From Armatimonadota bacterium (GTDB lineage Bacteria; Sysuimicrobiota; Sysuimicrobiia; Sysuimicrobiales; Humicultoraceae), in the NCBI GenBank assembly GCA_052387355.1, contig JBQTJG010000519.1, positions 1 to 23,685 on the forward strand: a stretch of 23,685 nucleotides of DNA, in the 5' to 3' direction. The notes under the pieces are model-generated. The model saw only the letters and a list, made by a program, of their open reading frames with translations, did no database searches and was not told where the DNA came from. Positions within the stretch are counted from its first letter, which is position 1; every line of letters begins with the position of its first letter. Shown piece by piece: positions 23,389 to 23,685 of the stretch. Made by a program: the position numbers and the translations under genes.

Positions 23389-23685
23389 TCAACGGCTGCG
23401 AAGCGGCAGTTCTGGAAGGGACTGTTCGAGTTCGCTCTTCAAGACCGGGCGCTTCCCCGACGCGTCGCGCGCGATGCGGTCCACGGGCGTCACCGTTACT
23501 GCCACGTCTGTCCCCAGAAAGTTCTCGAGGTGACGCACCAGATGCTTCCCATCTTCCGCGCCGTACGAACCGGTTGGGACGAGCAGGACCTCAAGCTCGC
23601 CCGGCCGCCGCTGCCGGAACTGATACTCGTAGAGGCGATCCTGCTGTGTTCGCATCGGGCGGTAAAGGAGCGTCAACGGGATCCG
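23389..23685 (-). CDS. C-terminal fragment of an adenylate-forming enzyme, PaaK / coenzyme F390 synthetase (CapK) family. It is 3' of the window edge: the gene continues beyond 23685.
   Basis: The frame is open to the window end (…RIPLTLLYRPMRTQQ…). The C-terminus ELEVLLVPTGSYGAEDGKHLVRHLENFLGTDVAVTVTPVDRIARDASGKRPVLKSE resembles the PaaK C-terminal domain ending ...PGSLPRSEGKAKRV. Confidence 0.45.
   Translation of the reverse strand, partial: RIPLTLLYRPMRTQQDRLYEYQFRQRRPGELEVLLVPTGSYGAEDGKHLVRHLENFLGTDVAVTVTPVDRIARDASGKRPVLKSELEQSLPELPLRSR

Overview
This is a high-GC (~67%) bacterial chromosomal segment with dense coding on both strands and GTG/TTG starts. It also shows GGAGG-type ribosome-binding sites (RBS) and Sec/Tat signal peptides. 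No rRNA, tRNA, CRISPR or obvious mobile element was recognised.

Content from 5' to 3':
- A 5'-truncated DRG-family GTPase with a TGS domain and unusual G3/G4 motifs.
- A minus-strand block holding a family-5 substrate-binding protein (SBP), two DppB/DppC-like permeases, an ExoD-like membrane protein and a VOC/glyoxalase.
- Two tandem paralogous secreted type-1 copper cupredoxins, one with an axial Met and one with an axial Gln.
- An FAH-family hydrolase, divergent from a second, paralogous locus: Tat-SBP, two permeases, CN-hydrolase (nitrilase superfamily), M24 creatinase/prolidase-like peptidase and a cupin.
- A 918-aa STAND protein (class III nucleotide cyclase, NB-ARC ATPase, TPR) translationally coupled to an unassigned 304-aa protein.
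- A NodU/CmcH-type carbamoyltransferase.
- An SPFH/prohibitin protein.
- A tandem-duplicated (fused) ThyX-like flavin-dependent thymidylate-synthase homologue.
- A NudL-like Nudix CoA pyrophosphatase and a YfcE-like metallophosphoesterase.
- A 3'-truncated PaaK/F390-synthetase-like adenylate-forming enzyme.

Neither ABC uptake locus encodes an ATPase in this window. A 15-nt near-identical motif lies ~85-100 nt upstream of both SBP genes. Several very stable GC hairpins sit at intercistronic or 3' positions. Long antisense ORFs in the track are high-GC artefacts.
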